From a phage, in assembly GCA_004257845.1 (NCBI GenBank), contig GCA_004257845.1_4800.1: a stretch of DNA of 64,000 nt. The stretch is one strand, 5' to 3'. Position 1 is the first letter of the stretch. Each line of letters begins with the position of its first letter. Made by a program: the position numbers and the translations under genes. The notes under the pieces are model-generated. The model was not told where the DNA came from. It worked only from the letters and a program-made list of their open reading frames with translations, and did not search any database. Of this stretch, positions 1 through 9,583 are shown in pieces.

Positions 1-798
1 CGCGGCAGTCCGATAATCCCATCAAACGCTATTGCGATGGCCTACCGTCGTGAGATGAAAGGTCTTTGCTATGCGATGATTGATGACTATCAGGCAGGAA
101 TTTCAGAGTGGCTTGAAAAGAAGCAGGTGCAGAAGTTCTTTGCGCAAGACTCTGCTGATTCAACATTCCAAACTCTTATGAAACGTCTGCAGCTGAAATG
201 GGCAAAGGCGTTTGCTCGTGTTGGGTCGAAGATTGCCGCTGATTTTATCAAGTCGGTTGAAAAGGGCGCTACTTCTGCTACATTTGCAAGTCTTAAGTCC
301 GCAGGCATAGAAGCGCCAAAGGCCACATATAACAAATTCGTTGAGAACACTCTTAGAACAAGCGAGACGTTCAACACGACTCTAGTGACTAAGGTTGGCG
401 AGGATATTCACAACAGAGTGTACGAAGCAGTCATGCTTTCGCTGACTTCGCCCGACCCAGCCCAGCAAGGCACGTCAGGCATTCAGGCGGCGCTGCGAAA
501 CGTAAAACACTTCTCTGCAAAGAGAGTCGACTTAATCGCTAAAGACCAGACAAGCAAATTGTATTGCGTTCTAAGCGATGAAAGGATGCGACAGAATGGA
601 GTTGAAGAATTTGAATGGTCGCACTCAGGAGCAGGGAAGGAGCCGCGAATCTCTCATGAACATGTCGACGGAATGAGATTCAAACTTGATGACAAGCGTC
701 TATGGGAAGTGGGCGGAGAGTTGAAGTTCAAAAAGGGTGACATCGGCCCTCCTGGATGGGCGATACGCTGCAAGTGCAGAAAAATACCAATCATTTGA
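1..798 (+). CDS. head morphogenesis protein, Mu F / SPP1 gp7-like C-terminal domain (5' end outside window)
   Basis: Frame is open from position 1 (no stop before first ATG at 37), so the gene probably starts upstream; C-terminal motif ISHEHVDGMRF...PPGWAIRCKCR resembles the conserved H..DG...PP.H.NCRC signature of Mu F-like head morphogenesis domains. Confidence 0.6.
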   Translation, partial: RGSPIIPSNAIAMAYRREMKGLCYAMIDDYQAGISEWLEKKQVQKFFAQDSADSTFQTLMKRLQLKWAKAFARVGSKIAADFIKSVEKGATSATFASLKSAGIEAPKATYNKFVENTLRTSETFNTTLVTKVGEDIHNRVYEAVMLSLTSPDPAQQGTSGIQAALRNVKHFSAKRVDLIAKDQTSKLYCVLSDERMRQNGVEEFEWSHSGAGKEPRISHEHVDGMRFKLDDKRLWEVGGELKFKKGDIGPPGWAIRCKCRKIPII

Positions 799-805
799 GG
801 TCATT

Positions 806-1726
806 ATGACGATACCAATCAGCACGTTTCCTCTATCTGGACAAACGCCAGTATTACCTGCTGTATATGCGAACGGTTTGGCGATTGTTTCAGAATTTAC
901 ATCCGATAAAAATTTGATTGTTCCATTGAGTCCGCCATTGGCATCTGGATACAATTCAGTCGGACAATTCTTTATGATTGGCAATGATGGCGATTCGACC
1001 AGCAAGCCTAATCTGACATTGTCTGTACCTAAGATGGACATCACAGATGTTCAAACTGGCTTGACTGCATCAACAATCACCATTGCTTTTGGAGAAGCGG
1101 TGATTATAGGAATGGAGTCTGGAGGGTCCAAGAATGCTGTCGCCGTTAAGGTAGTCAAATCCAGCGACAACCAATACACGTTACCAGCTGCGACGGCTTC
1201 CGTTCTCGGCGGCGTCAAAATAGGAAGCGGAATAAGCGTCGCAGGTGACGGTACAATTAGCGTTACTCAATACTCATTGCCGATTGCGTCAGCATCTACT
1301 TTAGGCGGCGTAAAGGTCGGTACAACTCTATCAATTGATGGTTCCGGTGTGCTTAACGCAGCGGAAAGCACCGTCCAGAATGCCATGAACAGTGTTAGCA
1401 ATCCTCCAACCACTTTGGTTAATCTGGCAACCTTAAACCTTCCTGCAGGAAAGTGGCTTGTGACGGCAAGTCAGTTGACTGTCGCGACAGCAGGAATTCA
1501 AGCGAATACCGGAATTACAGCCAAATTGTCAACAAGCGATTCAGATATTACGGATGATGCATTTACGATGTCAGCTGGCATTCGGGCTGCAGGTCGTTTC
1601 GGCGGCAATATTCCAACAAAGATAATTACTCTTGCCGCGCCTGGCAACGTGTATCTAAACTATCAATGCACAGATGCGTTGACATCTACCGTTTACGGAC
1701 AGATCACCGCAATTAAGCTGAACTAA
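806..1726 (+). CDS. virion structural protein with internal tandem repeats (possible head fibre/decoration)
   Basis: ATG at 806 preceded by GAGG; internal repeat YTLPAATASVLGGVKIGSGISVAGDGTISV / YSLPIASASTLGGVKVGTTLSIDGSGVLN; position between head morphogenesis and capsid genes. Confidence 0.4.
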   Translation: MTIPISTFPLSGQTPVLPAVYANGLAIVSEFTSDKNLIVPLSPPLASGYNSVGQFFMIGNDGDSTSKPNLTLSVPKMDITDVQTGLTASTITIAFGEAVIIGMESGGSKNAVAVKVVKSSDNQYTLPAATASVLGGVKIGSGISVAGDGTISVTQYSLPIASASTLGGVKVGTTLSIDGSGVLNAAESTVQNAMNSVSNPPTTLVNLATLNLPAGKWLVTASQLTVATAGIQANTGITAKLSTSDSDITDDAFTMSAGIRAAGRFGGNIPTKIITLAAPGNVYLNYQCTDALTSTVYGQITAIKLN

Positions 1727-1736
1727 AGAGGAAGTT

Positions 1737-1874
1737 ATGCAAAAGATTATTCAGTCACGTTATGTTAAAGTGCGAAATATTAATTGCAACTCTTTGCTTT
1801 CTTGGAAATGGGCTGTTTACGACTCGATGTTAATTGGCGTTTTAGTTGCAGGAGTGCTATTTAATATTCACTGA
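1737..1874 (+). CDS. small hydrophobic protein (45 aa), hypothetical
   Basis: Not in ORF track (below 60 aa); ATG at 1737 preceded by AAAGAGGAAG; C-terminal hydrophobic segment SMLIGVLVAGVLF; stop TGA at 1872-1874. Confidence 0.3.
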   Translation: MQKIIQSRYVKVRNINCNSLLSWKWAVYDSMLIGVLVAGVLFNIH

Positions 1875-1904
1875 ATTCATCGGCAAAGGATTGCCGCGAG
1901 TTTT

Positions 1905-2190
1905 ATACGTATAATGACGTATCATACGTATCAAGTAAGTTATTGTTTTCAAAAGAATCTTACGGATGATACGGATGATACGCGTTGCCGCCGTACTATA
2001 TAGGAATTCAAATAAATTAATTTAAAATTATATATCTAATTTAATTTTATTTTTTTATAAACTCTTATATATGAAAAGTATCCGTATCATCCGTATCATC
2101 CGTAGCACACCAGTGATAGCGCGGCTTATACACCGATACGGATAAAAATACGCCTCATTTTATCCGTATCATCCGTATCACACTAATAAA
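1905..2190. repeat. iteron-like region 1: tandem 9-mers (ACGGATGAT) in direct and inverted orientation flanking an AT-rich core
   Basis: TACGGATGATACGGATGATACGCGT at 1961-1985; inverted copies GTATCCGTATCATCCGTATCATCCGTAG at 2078-2105 and TATCCGTATCATCCGTATCA at 2161-2180; AT-rich stretch about 2000-2070; box CGTATAATGACGTA at 1908-1921. Confidence 0.7.
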
Positions 2191-2237
2191 GGCGCGGCTA
2201 TATCGGTTGTTATACATATTCAAACCATAATTATTGT

Positions 2238-2266
2238 TTGCCTAAGTTTTTTTCATTAGATATAAT
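2238..2266 (+). promoter_or_regulatory. sigma70-like promoter (TTGCCT-17 nt-TATAAT) upstream of scaffold/capsid genes
   Basis: -35 TTGCCT 2238-2243, 17-nt spacer, -10 TATAAT 2261-2266, about 24 nt before start codon at 2290. Confidence 0.5.
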
Positions 2267-2289
2267 ACACAATACTTATTTGAGGGTGG

Positions 2290-3708
2290 ATGCGAATGCA
2301 AACGGCACGCGAAATTGACAAAAATGGATTCTTGACGATTATGGGTTGTCCAATTTCGTCATTTGGCATTTTTGATTATTCTGCTGGTCAAGTTGGTCTT
2401 GATGGTGATCCGAATCGCATCGTAAAAGTCTATCGCCCTGAGTCAGCGGTGAAAGACCCCGAAGCGATAGATTCATTCAAAAATATCCCTTTCATCGACA
2501 ATCACGAAATGCTTTCTGGATTTGAAGGTGATGAGGATAACACAGCACCCGAAGAGTATGGAGTTGATGGCGTTCTGACTGGCAATGTTTATTATGACAA
2601 GCCATGGATGCGCGGCGACCTTAAAGTGTTTAGCCGTCGTCTGAAGAAGGCCATTGATTCTGGAAAGGTTGACTTGTCTTTGGGCTATGACTGTGAATTC
2701 ATCATACAGTCTGGAGAGTTTGACGGGCAGCCGTATGAAGTGGTGCAGACAACTCTTCGCGGCAACCACATTGCTCTCGTGGACGTTGGTCGAGTACCAG
2801 GTGCACGGGTGCTGGATGGTCGTTGCTTTGACCATCTTTGTTTGACGACTGTAACACCATCCAACGAGGATTTAGACATGCCAAAACCGTTAAAAGGTAA
2901 AGCGCGTGATAATGCTGTTGAACAGCTGAAATCACTGATCCCTGCGCTCGAACAATTTCTGAATGAAGAGAGCACTGAAGCTGCTCATCAGGACGAAGTT
3001 GAAGTGAAAGCAGAAGAGAAGGACTCAACCGAAAATCGTGAAGAAGTAATGGTTGATCCAGAAGTCAAGGCAGAAGCAGAAGAAACCCCAGAAGGTGAAG
3101 AGAAGTTTGAAGTTGAAACTGAATCTAACGCTGGCGGCGAACTTCCGCAATTGATCAGCCAAATCGAAGCACTTATTGCAAAACTGAAAGGTGGCGCGGT
3201 AGGTGATGAAGAAGAAGTTGAAGCCGAAGTCAAAGACGAAGAAGTTGAAGTCAAGGCTGAAGATGTATCACCTTGCGACAAAGCTGAAGATGTGGTTAGC
3301 GGCCTGCAAAACAGCAACGTAAAGGGGGCTTCGGTCGAAAAAGATGACAAACCGACAAAAGCGGCGAAAGCGTCGCCAGGTCCAGCAAAAGGGGAACACT
3401 CAATGGCATCTGATTCAGCAGTTGCTGCTTTCTACGCTGATTCTGCTCGTAAGAATAGCCTCTACCAGCGCCTGTCTAAAGTTGTTGGTGCCTTTGATCA
3501 TGCAACTATGGACTCCAAGTCCGTAGCGAAATATGGCGCTAAAAAGTTAGGCTTGAAGTGCGTTGATGGCGCTGAGTTTGACGTGGTGGATAACTATCTG
3601 CGCGGCGTTGAACACGGTCAAAAACAGCGTGTAGTCGCAAAACAAAAGGCCGCTGCGGATTCTGCAGCAACTGACGAAGCATTTGAAGCTTGGTTGAAAG
3701 GGGAATAA
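2290..3708 (+). CDS. prohead scaffold / prohead protease-like protein
   Basis: Immediately upstream of capsid gene; long acidic low-complexity central region (EEVEVKAEEKD..., EEVEAEVKDEEVEVKAED) typical of scaffolding proteins; RBS GAGGGTGG before ATG. Confidence 0.45.
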   Translation: MRMQTAREIDKNGFLTIMGCPISSFGIFDYSAGQVGLDGDPNRIVKVYRPESAVKDPEAIDSFKNIPFIDNHEMLSGFEGDEDNTAPEEYGVDGVLTGNVYYDKPWMRGDLKVFSRRLKKAIDSGKVDLSLGYDCEFIIQSGEFDGQPYEVVQTTLRGNHIALVDVGRVPGARVLDGRCFDHLCLTTVTPSNEDLDMPKPLKGKARDNAVEQLKSLIPALEQFLNEESTEAAHQDEVEVKAEEKDSTENREEVMVDPEVKAEAEETPEGEEKFEVETESNAGGELPQLISQIEALIAKLKGGAVGDEEEVEAEVKDEEVEVKAEDVSPCDKAEDVVSGLQNSNVKGASVEKDDKPTKAAKASPGPAKGEHSMASDSAVAAFYADSARKNSLYQRLSKVVGAFDHATMDSKSVAKYGAKKLGLKCVDGAEFDVVDNYLRGVEHGQKQRVVAKQKAAADSAATDEAFEAWLKGE

Positions 3709-3710
3709 AC

Positions 3711-4328
3711 ATGACTTTCCAAACTAGTGTAGGCCGTCAATATACAACTGGCTTTCCTGGCGACATCGTTCGCGACGGCCCACAGCGTGGGAAGCCAGGT
3801 CGAATCGTTAGCGCCAACGAAGGTGCAAACGTAAACGCCATCAGCCGTGTGTTTGGTTTTAAAGCTGACGTATCTTTAATGGGCACTGGCCAAACCAAAA
3901 CCTTGGGCGCGCAGGACTTTGAAGTTGAACTGGGCGGCACCAATTACTATGGCATCCTTGGCAACAGCAAGCGTTACGCTCTGTATGGCAACTCTACTGG
4001 GCCTTTGGGTGCCAGCATGGTTCTGCCTCAATATAGCGAAGGCGAGTTTTACGATATGTGCACGGGCCTCGTAGTTGAAGTATTCAACCCTGGCACCAGT
4101 CCGCAGACGCTGAACTACGGCGACCTGCTCGCTTATGTACCTAAAGGCATTTCCAGCGGCAACAACCCGAACAACTTGCCTATCGGTGCAATTATCGCCT
4201 ATACTGGCTCACTGCCAACTGGCATGGCTGCCATTCCAGGCGGTATCGTGATTGACCCGACTGCTATTGCCCTTTCCGGCCCAAGCGTCCAGTCTTCCAC
4301 TTATACCATTGTACAATTGACTCGTTAA
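3711..4328 (+). CDS. capsid-associated structural protein (possible decoration protein)
   Basis: ATG at 3711 preceded by AAAGGGGA; Gly/Thr/Ser-rich; sits between scaffold-like and major capsid genes. Confidence 0.4.
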   Translation: MTFQTSVGRQYTTGFPGDIVRDGPQRGKPGRIVSANEGANVNAISRVFGFKADVSLMGTGQTKTLGAQDFEVELGGTNYYGILGNSKRYALYGNSTGPLGASMVLPQYSEGEFYDMCTGLVVEVFNPGTSPQTLNYGDLLAYVPKGISSGNNPNNLPIGAIIAYTGSLPTGMAAIPGGIVIDPTAIALSGPSVQSSTYTIVQLTR

Positions 4329-4342
4329 TAGGCAGGTGAATA

Positions 4343-5482
4343 ATGACTCGCATTAGCCAAACACACTCTCGCCTCCCAGCGAGCAAGGTGCGCCCTTTTG
4401 ATATGCAATCCGTTACCGACGCGGCTGTTTCCCAGCTTGCTCGTATCGGTATTGTGTTTGATTCCGCGATTGTGCGTGATCAGATTGAGCACTTAAACCG
4501 TGCAGGCGCTTTCCGCGTAGGTGATGCCGCGTTTACTGCGCCGCAGACCACTCCGTCAATCCCGACCCCGTTGCAGTTCCTGCAGCAGTGGTTGCCTGGC
4601 TTCGTCAAAATCATGACCGCCGCTCGTAAAATCGACGAGCTGGTTGGTATTGATACCGTTGGTCAGTGGGAAGATGCAGAAATCGTTCAGGGTATCGTTG
4701 AACCAGCTGGCACCGCAGTTGAATATGGTGATTTCACCTCTATTCCTCTGGCAAGCTGGAACGTAAACTTTGAACGTCGTTCTATCGTTCGTGGCGAAAT
4801 GGGCATGGCAGTTGGTATGCTGGAAGAAGGCCGCGCGTCTGCGATGCGTCTGAACTCCGCAGAAACCAAGCGCCAGCAGGCTGCTGTATCTCTGGAAATC
4901 ATGCGTAACGCAATCGGCTTCTATGGCTGGTACAACGGGAACAACCGTACATTCGGCTTCCTGAATGATCCAAATCTGCCAGCGGCGATGACTTCCAACA
5001 CCACTTCCGGCTGGGCTACTGCGACCTTCCAACAGGTGACTGCAGACATCCGTTTGATGGTTCGTCAAATTCGTGTGAACTCTCAGGACCAGATTGATCC
5101 AGAGAAGGTTGACATGACTCTGGCACTGCCGACCAACTCTATCGATTGGCTGTCCAACACCACTGACTTCGGTATTTCTGTACGTGACTGGATCACCCAG
5201 ACTTATCCGAAGATGAAGATCAAGTCTGCACCGGAACTCAACGGCGCACTTGGCAGCGACCCGACTTTCTTGAACGTGGCATACCTGTACGCTGATCACA
5301 TCGATTCCTCAATCGATGGTTCAAGCGATGATGGTTCCGTATTCAGTCAGCTGGTTCAGACCAAGTTCATGACTCTGGGCGTTGAAAAGCGTGCTAAGAG
5401 CTACGTCGAAGACTACGCAAACGCAACAGCAGGCGTTCTGCTCAAGCGTCCTTTCGCAGTCGTCCGTATGACTGGTATTTAA
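4343..5482 (+). CDS. major capsid protein (putative)
   Basis: 379-aa ORF following scaffold-like gene; RBS AGGTGAA before ATG; followed by GC-rich stem-loop; position and size typical of major capsid genes. Confidence 0.5.
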   Translation: MTRISQTHSRLPASKVRPFDMQSVTDAAVSQLARIGIVFDSAIVRDQIEHLNRAGAFRVGDAAFTAPQTTPSIPTPLQFLQQWLPGFVKIMTAARKIDELVGIDTVGQWEDAEIVQGIVEPAGTAVEYGDFTSIPLASWNVNFERRSIVRGEMGMAVGMLEEGRASAMRLNSAETKRQQAAVSLEIMRNAIGFYGWYNGNNRTFGFLNDPNLPAAMTSNTTSGWATATFQQVTADIRLMVRQIRVNSQDQIDPEKVDMTLALPTNSIDWLSNTTDFGISVRDWITQTYPKMKIKSAPELNGALGSDPTFLNVAYLYADHIDSSIDGSSDDGSVFSQLVQTKFMTLGVEKRAKSYVEDYANATAGVLLKRPFAVVRMTGI

Positions 5483-5509
5483 TTGCTGTGATTACACAGT
5501 AAAACACAT

Positions 5510-5535
5510 GGGGCGTGGTCGAAAGGCTTCGCCCC
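5510..5535 (+). terminator. GC-rich stem-loop after capsid gene (possible terminator/RNA-stabilising hairpin)
   Basis: GGGGCG(5510-5515)...loop...CGCCCC(5530-5535); no clear T-run downstream. Confidence 0.35.
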
Positions 5536-5597
5536 ATATCAATAGACCTCAAGGGCTGTAGGGGCTTATCTGAGGCTTATATAAATAGGACTACAAA

Positions 5598-6062
5598 ATG
5601 TCAAAATACATCGTTTCAACTATGTCTATGTCAGTAAACTACACCTTCTATACGGAAGTGAAAGAAAACCCGAATGCAAAAGCTGGTTCAGGCGCTCTTC
5701 CAAATATTCGCAAACAGATTCTAATCAAGGGCGGCGCTGGTCTTACTTCAGCAACTTCCGGCTTTGGTGAAATGGCAAAAGGCGCTGACGGTGCACCTTT
5801 GTGGACTCCTGAAGGAATCGTCACCGTTGTAAGCGATGCAGATTTTGAGCATCTGAAAGATCATCACGTATTTAAGCAGCATCTTGAAAAAGGTTTGGTG
5901 AAAGTCGTAAATCACGACATTGTTGGCAATCACAAAGCCGTCGCTAAAGAAGTTCGCGGCATGTCAGACGACCCGTTTGCGCCTATGACGCGCGAAACTG
6001 CTGACAAGCGCATCAAGGTGAAATTGAGCGGCGACCAAGAAGATGATTTATTCCGCGTTTAA
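5598..6062 (+). CDS. hypothetical virion protein
   Basis: ORF in same-strand morphogenesis array after capsid gene. Confidence 0.4.
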   Translation: MSKYIVSTMSMSVNYTFYTEVKENPNAKAGSGALPNIRKQILIKGGAGLTSATSGFGEMAKGADGAPLWTPEGIVTVVSDADFEHLKDHHVFKQHLEKGLVKVVNHDIVGNHKAVAKEVRGMSDDPFAPMTRETADKRIKVKLSGDQEDDLFRV

Positions 6063-6076
6063 ATAAGGTGAATGCC

Positions 6077-6532
6077 ATGTCATTAGATTACGAAAAGTTC
6101 AGAATTAAATTTCCACAGTTTGCTGATCAGGTTAAATTCCCTGACACAACACTTCAAGTATTCTATGACATGGCATGTGAATTTATTGAATCACAAGACA
6201 GTCCTTGTCGTGTTTTAAATGGCAGTAAATTGGAGCTGGCATTGGAATATATGACGGCTCATCTTTTATGCATAGCCGCAGACCAACAAGTGTCTGTGTC
6301 TTCTGGTGACGGAGTTGAACAAAGCGGCTTCGTGACTGGCGCAACAATTGGTGATATCACAGTGAACAAAGTCGCGCCGCCTGCAAGTGATGGTTGGGAA
6401 TACTGGCTTTCAAGCACTCCTTATGGCATGGCGCTGTGGGCGCTTCTTCAAGCACTGGCCGTTGGCGGCTTGTCATTCGGCGGTCTTCCAGAGCGTGAAG
6501 GATTCCGTAAAATTGGTGGGGTATTCTGGTGA
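6077..6532 (+). CDS. hypothetical head-tail joining region protein
   Basis: ATG at 6077 preceded by AAGGTGAA (track ORF begins at a GTG at 6068); stop overlaps next start. Confidence 0.4.
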   Translation: MSLDYEKFRIKFPQFADQVKFPDTTLQVFYDMACEFIESQDSPCRVLNGSKLELALEYMTAHLLCIAADQQVSVSSGDGVEQSGFVTGATIGDITVNKVAPPASDGWEYWLSSTPYGMALWALLQALAVGGLSFGGLPEREGFRKIGGVFW

Positions 6533-6915
6533 GGATTCCTGGCGTAAACTTATATCGAGTTGCGACAAAGGTTATCGGTCGCCAACCGATTCAATATTAC
6601 ATGTACAAGGGGCGCACCCTTGATAAGATGCGCAACTATGTCACTACATATGAAGAACCAATCACCTTACTTGCTTCGGTGCAGGCTGTACTTCGAAACC
6701 AATACGTTGAGCTTGGATTAGAGCTTCAAAAGAACTATGTCAAAATCTGGGTGGACAAAGACATTGTTGACCTTGACCGCGACGCTTCCGGCGACTATTT
6801 TGTGTTTGGTGGCAAAACGTACAAGATGGAAGATGAAACGACATGGTTTGACCAAGATGGTTGGACGTCTTGCCTTGCCGTGGAAGTAAAACAAAGCTTT
6901 CCAGTGTCTACTTGA
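6529..6915 (+). CDS. hypothetical head-tail joining region protein
   Basis: ORF with 4-nt start/stop overlap with neighbours. Confidence 0.4.
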   Translation: MRIPGVNLYRVATKVIGRQPIQYYMYKGRTLDKMRNYVTTYEEPITLLASVQAVLRNQYVELGLELQKNYVKIWVDKDIVDLDRDASGDYFVFGGKTYKMEDETTWFDQDGWTSCLAVEVKQSFPVST

Positions 6916-6916
6916 G

Positions 6917-7498
6917 GTGTATATGACAGATGTCGACCTGATTGACATGCTGGCAACGCGAATTGAAGAAGGTCTGGCGGCGTATAGTCGTGCAGACCTT
7001 TCTGCTGTTCCGGTCCAGAAAAAATACCAACCGACTCAACAGGGCATTCCGACTGGTGATCAGATTTGGTTTAACCTTTTATTCTCAGTTCCATTCGGTT
7101 GGTCGATGAGAAAGAATGAATTTGTCAATGATGAATCTCAATTCGTTAATGGCAAATTTAAAGATATTGAAGATCAGATATATGCAACACGTTTTCAAAT
7201 TAGCGGCTTATTTCCAGAAGTCCCTGGCAATCCAGAAAAGCCTACGGCTAATGACGTTTTGACTTATTTAGCAAGATTCATAACCCACAAGGCTAATTTG
7301 AGGGATTGGTTTAAAAGGCATCAAGCTTCAGTATATAGAGTCGACATGAACAACAATGAAAAGTTCTATGACGACATGTCTCAGTTCGAATCGTTTCCTT
7401 CTTTTGATTTGGTAATCCTTCACAGAAACGCAATTTCAATTGACACGCCTGCTGTTGCAAGAGCTGTTAATAATGATTTAGGCGATATTCCGGTGTGA
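6917..7498 (+). CDS. hypothetical neck/tail completion protein
   Basis: ORF in morphogenesis array; RBS-like GAGGTG before ATG. Confidence 0.4.
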   Translation: MYMTDVDLIDMLATRIEEGLAAYSRADLSAVPVQKKYQPTQQGIPTGDQIWFNLLFSVPFGWSMRKNEFVNDESQFVNGKFKDIEDQIYATRFQISGLFPEVPGNPEKPTANDVLTYLARFITHKANLRDWFKRHQASVYRVDMNNNEKFYDDMSQFESFPSFDLVILHRNAISIDTPAVARAVNNDLGDIPV

Positions 7499-7499
7499 T

Positions 7500-7985
7500 A
7501 TGACAAAATCAAAAATGATAGAAAAACAGATAAAGGCGCTTCAATCGATGAAGGGTCTTACTGTAGAGGCAGGATGGTTTGATTCTACCAGATACCCTTC
7601 AGAAACTGGTGGAGAAGGGATGTTGGTGTCAGAAGTCGCGCGACTTAATGAATTTGGTCACATAGCCGTTTTGAACTTTGGACAAGGTCCAGTCAGGGTA
7701 GAAGTGCCACCCAGACCATTCATGAGATATGCCTATGAATTATTCGTTAGTGAGCGCAGTGAAATAGAGAATAAAATTGCTAAAAAGATTTTTTCCGGTA
7801 AAATAGACGCTAGACAGGCATTAGGTCAGATTGGGCTTGCGATGGAAGCAAAGATTGTCGAATCAATTAAAAACGGACCTTGGCAAAGAAACGCCAGATA
7901 TACCGTGCGTGTGAAAGGATTCGACAAACCTTTAATTCACAGCAGCCTTATGTGGCAATCTGTCAACAGCCAAGTCATTAAATAA
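7500..7985 (+). CDS. hypothetical neck/tail completion protein
   Basis: ORF in morphogenesis array. Confidence 0.4.
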   Translation: MTKSKMIEKQIKALQSMKGLTVEAGWFDSTRYPSETGGEGMLVSEVARLNEFGHIAVLNFGQGPVRVEVPPRPFMRYAYELFVSERSEIENKIAKKIFSGKIDARQALGQIGLAMEAKIVESIKNGPWQRNARYTVRVKGFDKPLIHSSLMWQSVNSQVIK

Positions 7986-7997
7986 GAGGACACCGAC

Positions 7998-9536
7998 GTG
8001 ATCAGTCAATCTCGTTATATTAAAATTGTATCAGGGGTCGGAGCAGGCGCGGCTGTTGCAGTTCGCAAACTGTCGCTTCGCATCATGACTTCCAATACAG
8101 TTCTGCCGCCTGGCATTGTAGCAGAATTTTCAACTGCTGATGCCGTTGGATCATATTTCGGTTTTTCTTCCGAAGAATACAAGCGTGCAGCACTGTATTT
8201 CGGATTCATCAGCAAGCAAATCAACTCGCCTGATTCAATCAGCTTTTCTCGCGTTGTATCCACGGCGATTCCTGCAATGGTTATCGGCGACACTGAGCCT
8301 AAAACGCTTGCTACTTTCCAGGCATTCACTGGCGCTATCTTAAGCATCACTTATGACGGCACAGACTACCTGACTGACGCCATCAACCTTTCAGCGGCAA
8401 CAAGTCTTGCCAACGTAGCGGAACTTTTGGAAACGGCAATCAACACCAAGTTTGCAGCAGAAGGTGGCACGTCGGTGCCTGCACTTGCTGATGCAGAAGT
8501 GTATTGGAATGCCAACACCCAGCAGTTCACTTTGGAAGCCGCTCCGTCGACCGCTGGTGCTGGAAACCTTTCGATTAACGTCACAGGTCAACCGACAGAC
8601 CCATCTCAGGCGCTTGGTTGGACGACTACTGGCACCGTTACGGTTGCTGGACAGGGTGTAGCAAGTCCGGTAGAAGCCATCGCGGCATCTGTGGAGATTT
8701 CCAACAACTTTGGCTCATTCCTTTTCGCTGGAGCAGACCGAACGCTGGAAGAAATCACAGCCGTTGCAGCTTGGACTCACTCGCAGAACAACATGTACAT
8801 GTATCTGTTCTCGACTGCATTCGCCAACATCGGCTCATACTATACCGCGTTGAAAGGTTACTCAGGCGTTGGTATGATGATCCGTGCAACTAACCTCGCG
8901 AATGATTACATCGACCAGGCACCTGCTGAAATTCTTGCGGCGACAAACTATAACACTGTAAATGCAACTCAAAACTACATGTATTATCAGTTTGAAACGC
9001 GAAATGTAACCGTATCGACTGATTCACGCGCAGATACTGCTGATCAAAACCGTGCAAACTATATCGGTGCGACTCAGCAAGCTGGTCAAACTCTCGCGTT
9101 CTTCCAGCGTGGTGTTCTGATGGGCGGGTCTACCGCAGCAGTTGACATGAACACTTATGCCAACGAGATGTGGCTTAAATCTGCTATCACTTCTCAGCTG
9201 TTCAGCATGTTCTTGAATCTTGGTCGCGTGCCTGCAAACGAAGAAGGCAAAGCGACTGTCCAAGCCATGATTCAAGTTGCTGTTGACAATGCGAAGGTTA
9301 ACGGCACCATCTCTGTCGGTAAGGCGCTGACGGAAATTCAGAAACAGTACATCACGCAAACCTCCGGTGACAACACTGCTTGGCGGCAGGTTGAGACTAT
9401 CGGTTATTGGTTGACTGTCGATTTTGACACTGAAACCACTTCCGATAACCGCACCGAATACTATGCAACATACACGCTAATCTACTCTAAAGATGATGCT
9501 GTGCGTCGCGTTGAAGGTCGTGACGTTCTTATTTAA
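7998..9536 (+). CDS. tail sheath-like protein (putative)
   Basis: 512-aa ORF with GTG start preceded by AAGAGGA; directly upstream of a tube-like ~155-aa gene and separated from it by a GC hairpin, an arrangement typical of contractile tails; call by position and size only. Confidence 0.4.
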   Translation: MISQSRYIKIVSGVGAGAAVAVRKLSLRIMTSNTVLPPGIVAEFSTADAVGSYFGFSSEEYKRAALYFGFISKQINSPDSISFSRVVSTAIPAMVIGDTEPKTLATFQAFTGAILSITYDGTDYLTDAINLSAATSLANVAELLETAINTKFAAEGGTSVPALADAEVYWNANTQQFTLEAAPSTAGAGNLSINVTGQPTDPSQALGWTTTGTVTVAGQGVASPVEAIAASVEISNNFGSFLFAGADRTLEEITAVAAWTHSQNNMYMYLFSTAFANIGSYYTALKGYSGVGMMIRATNLANDYIDQAPAEILAATNYNTVNATQNYMYYQFETRNVTVSTDSRADTADQNRANYIGATQQAGQTLAFFQRGVLMGGSTAAVDMNTYANEMWLKSAITSQLFSMFLNLGRVPANEEGKATVQAMIQVAVDNAKVNGTISVGKALTEIQKQYITQTSGDNTAWRQVETIGYWLTVDFDTETTSDNRTEYYATYTLIYSKDDAVRRVEGRDVLI

Positions 9537-9542
9537 ATAATT

Positions 9543-9560
9543 GCCGCCGTAAATGGCGGC
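9543..9560 (+). terminator. stem-loop between sheath-like and tube-like genes
   Basis: GCCGCC (9543-9548) ... GGCGGC (9555-9560); no T-run. Confidence 0.3.
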
Positions 9561-9583
9561 CATCTCTCTGAGAGGAATCTGTA

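Noticed and set aside
1891-1915. TTGCCG ... TATAAT near 1891-1915 as a sigma70 promoter
   Set aside because: Spacer between the -35-like and -10-like hexamers is only about 13 nt; the TATAAT box is more likely part of the conserved CGTATAATGACGTA element shared with region 2.
4556-5299. 247-aa minus-strand ORF inside the major capsid gene, and similar antisense ORFs inside large genes (13431-14075, 22233-22826, 27237-27890, 30702-31142, 34238-34732, 44870-45460, 61119-61637)
   Set aside because: They lie fully within well-supported genes on the opposite strand, lack ribosome-binding sites and break the co-directional operon structure.
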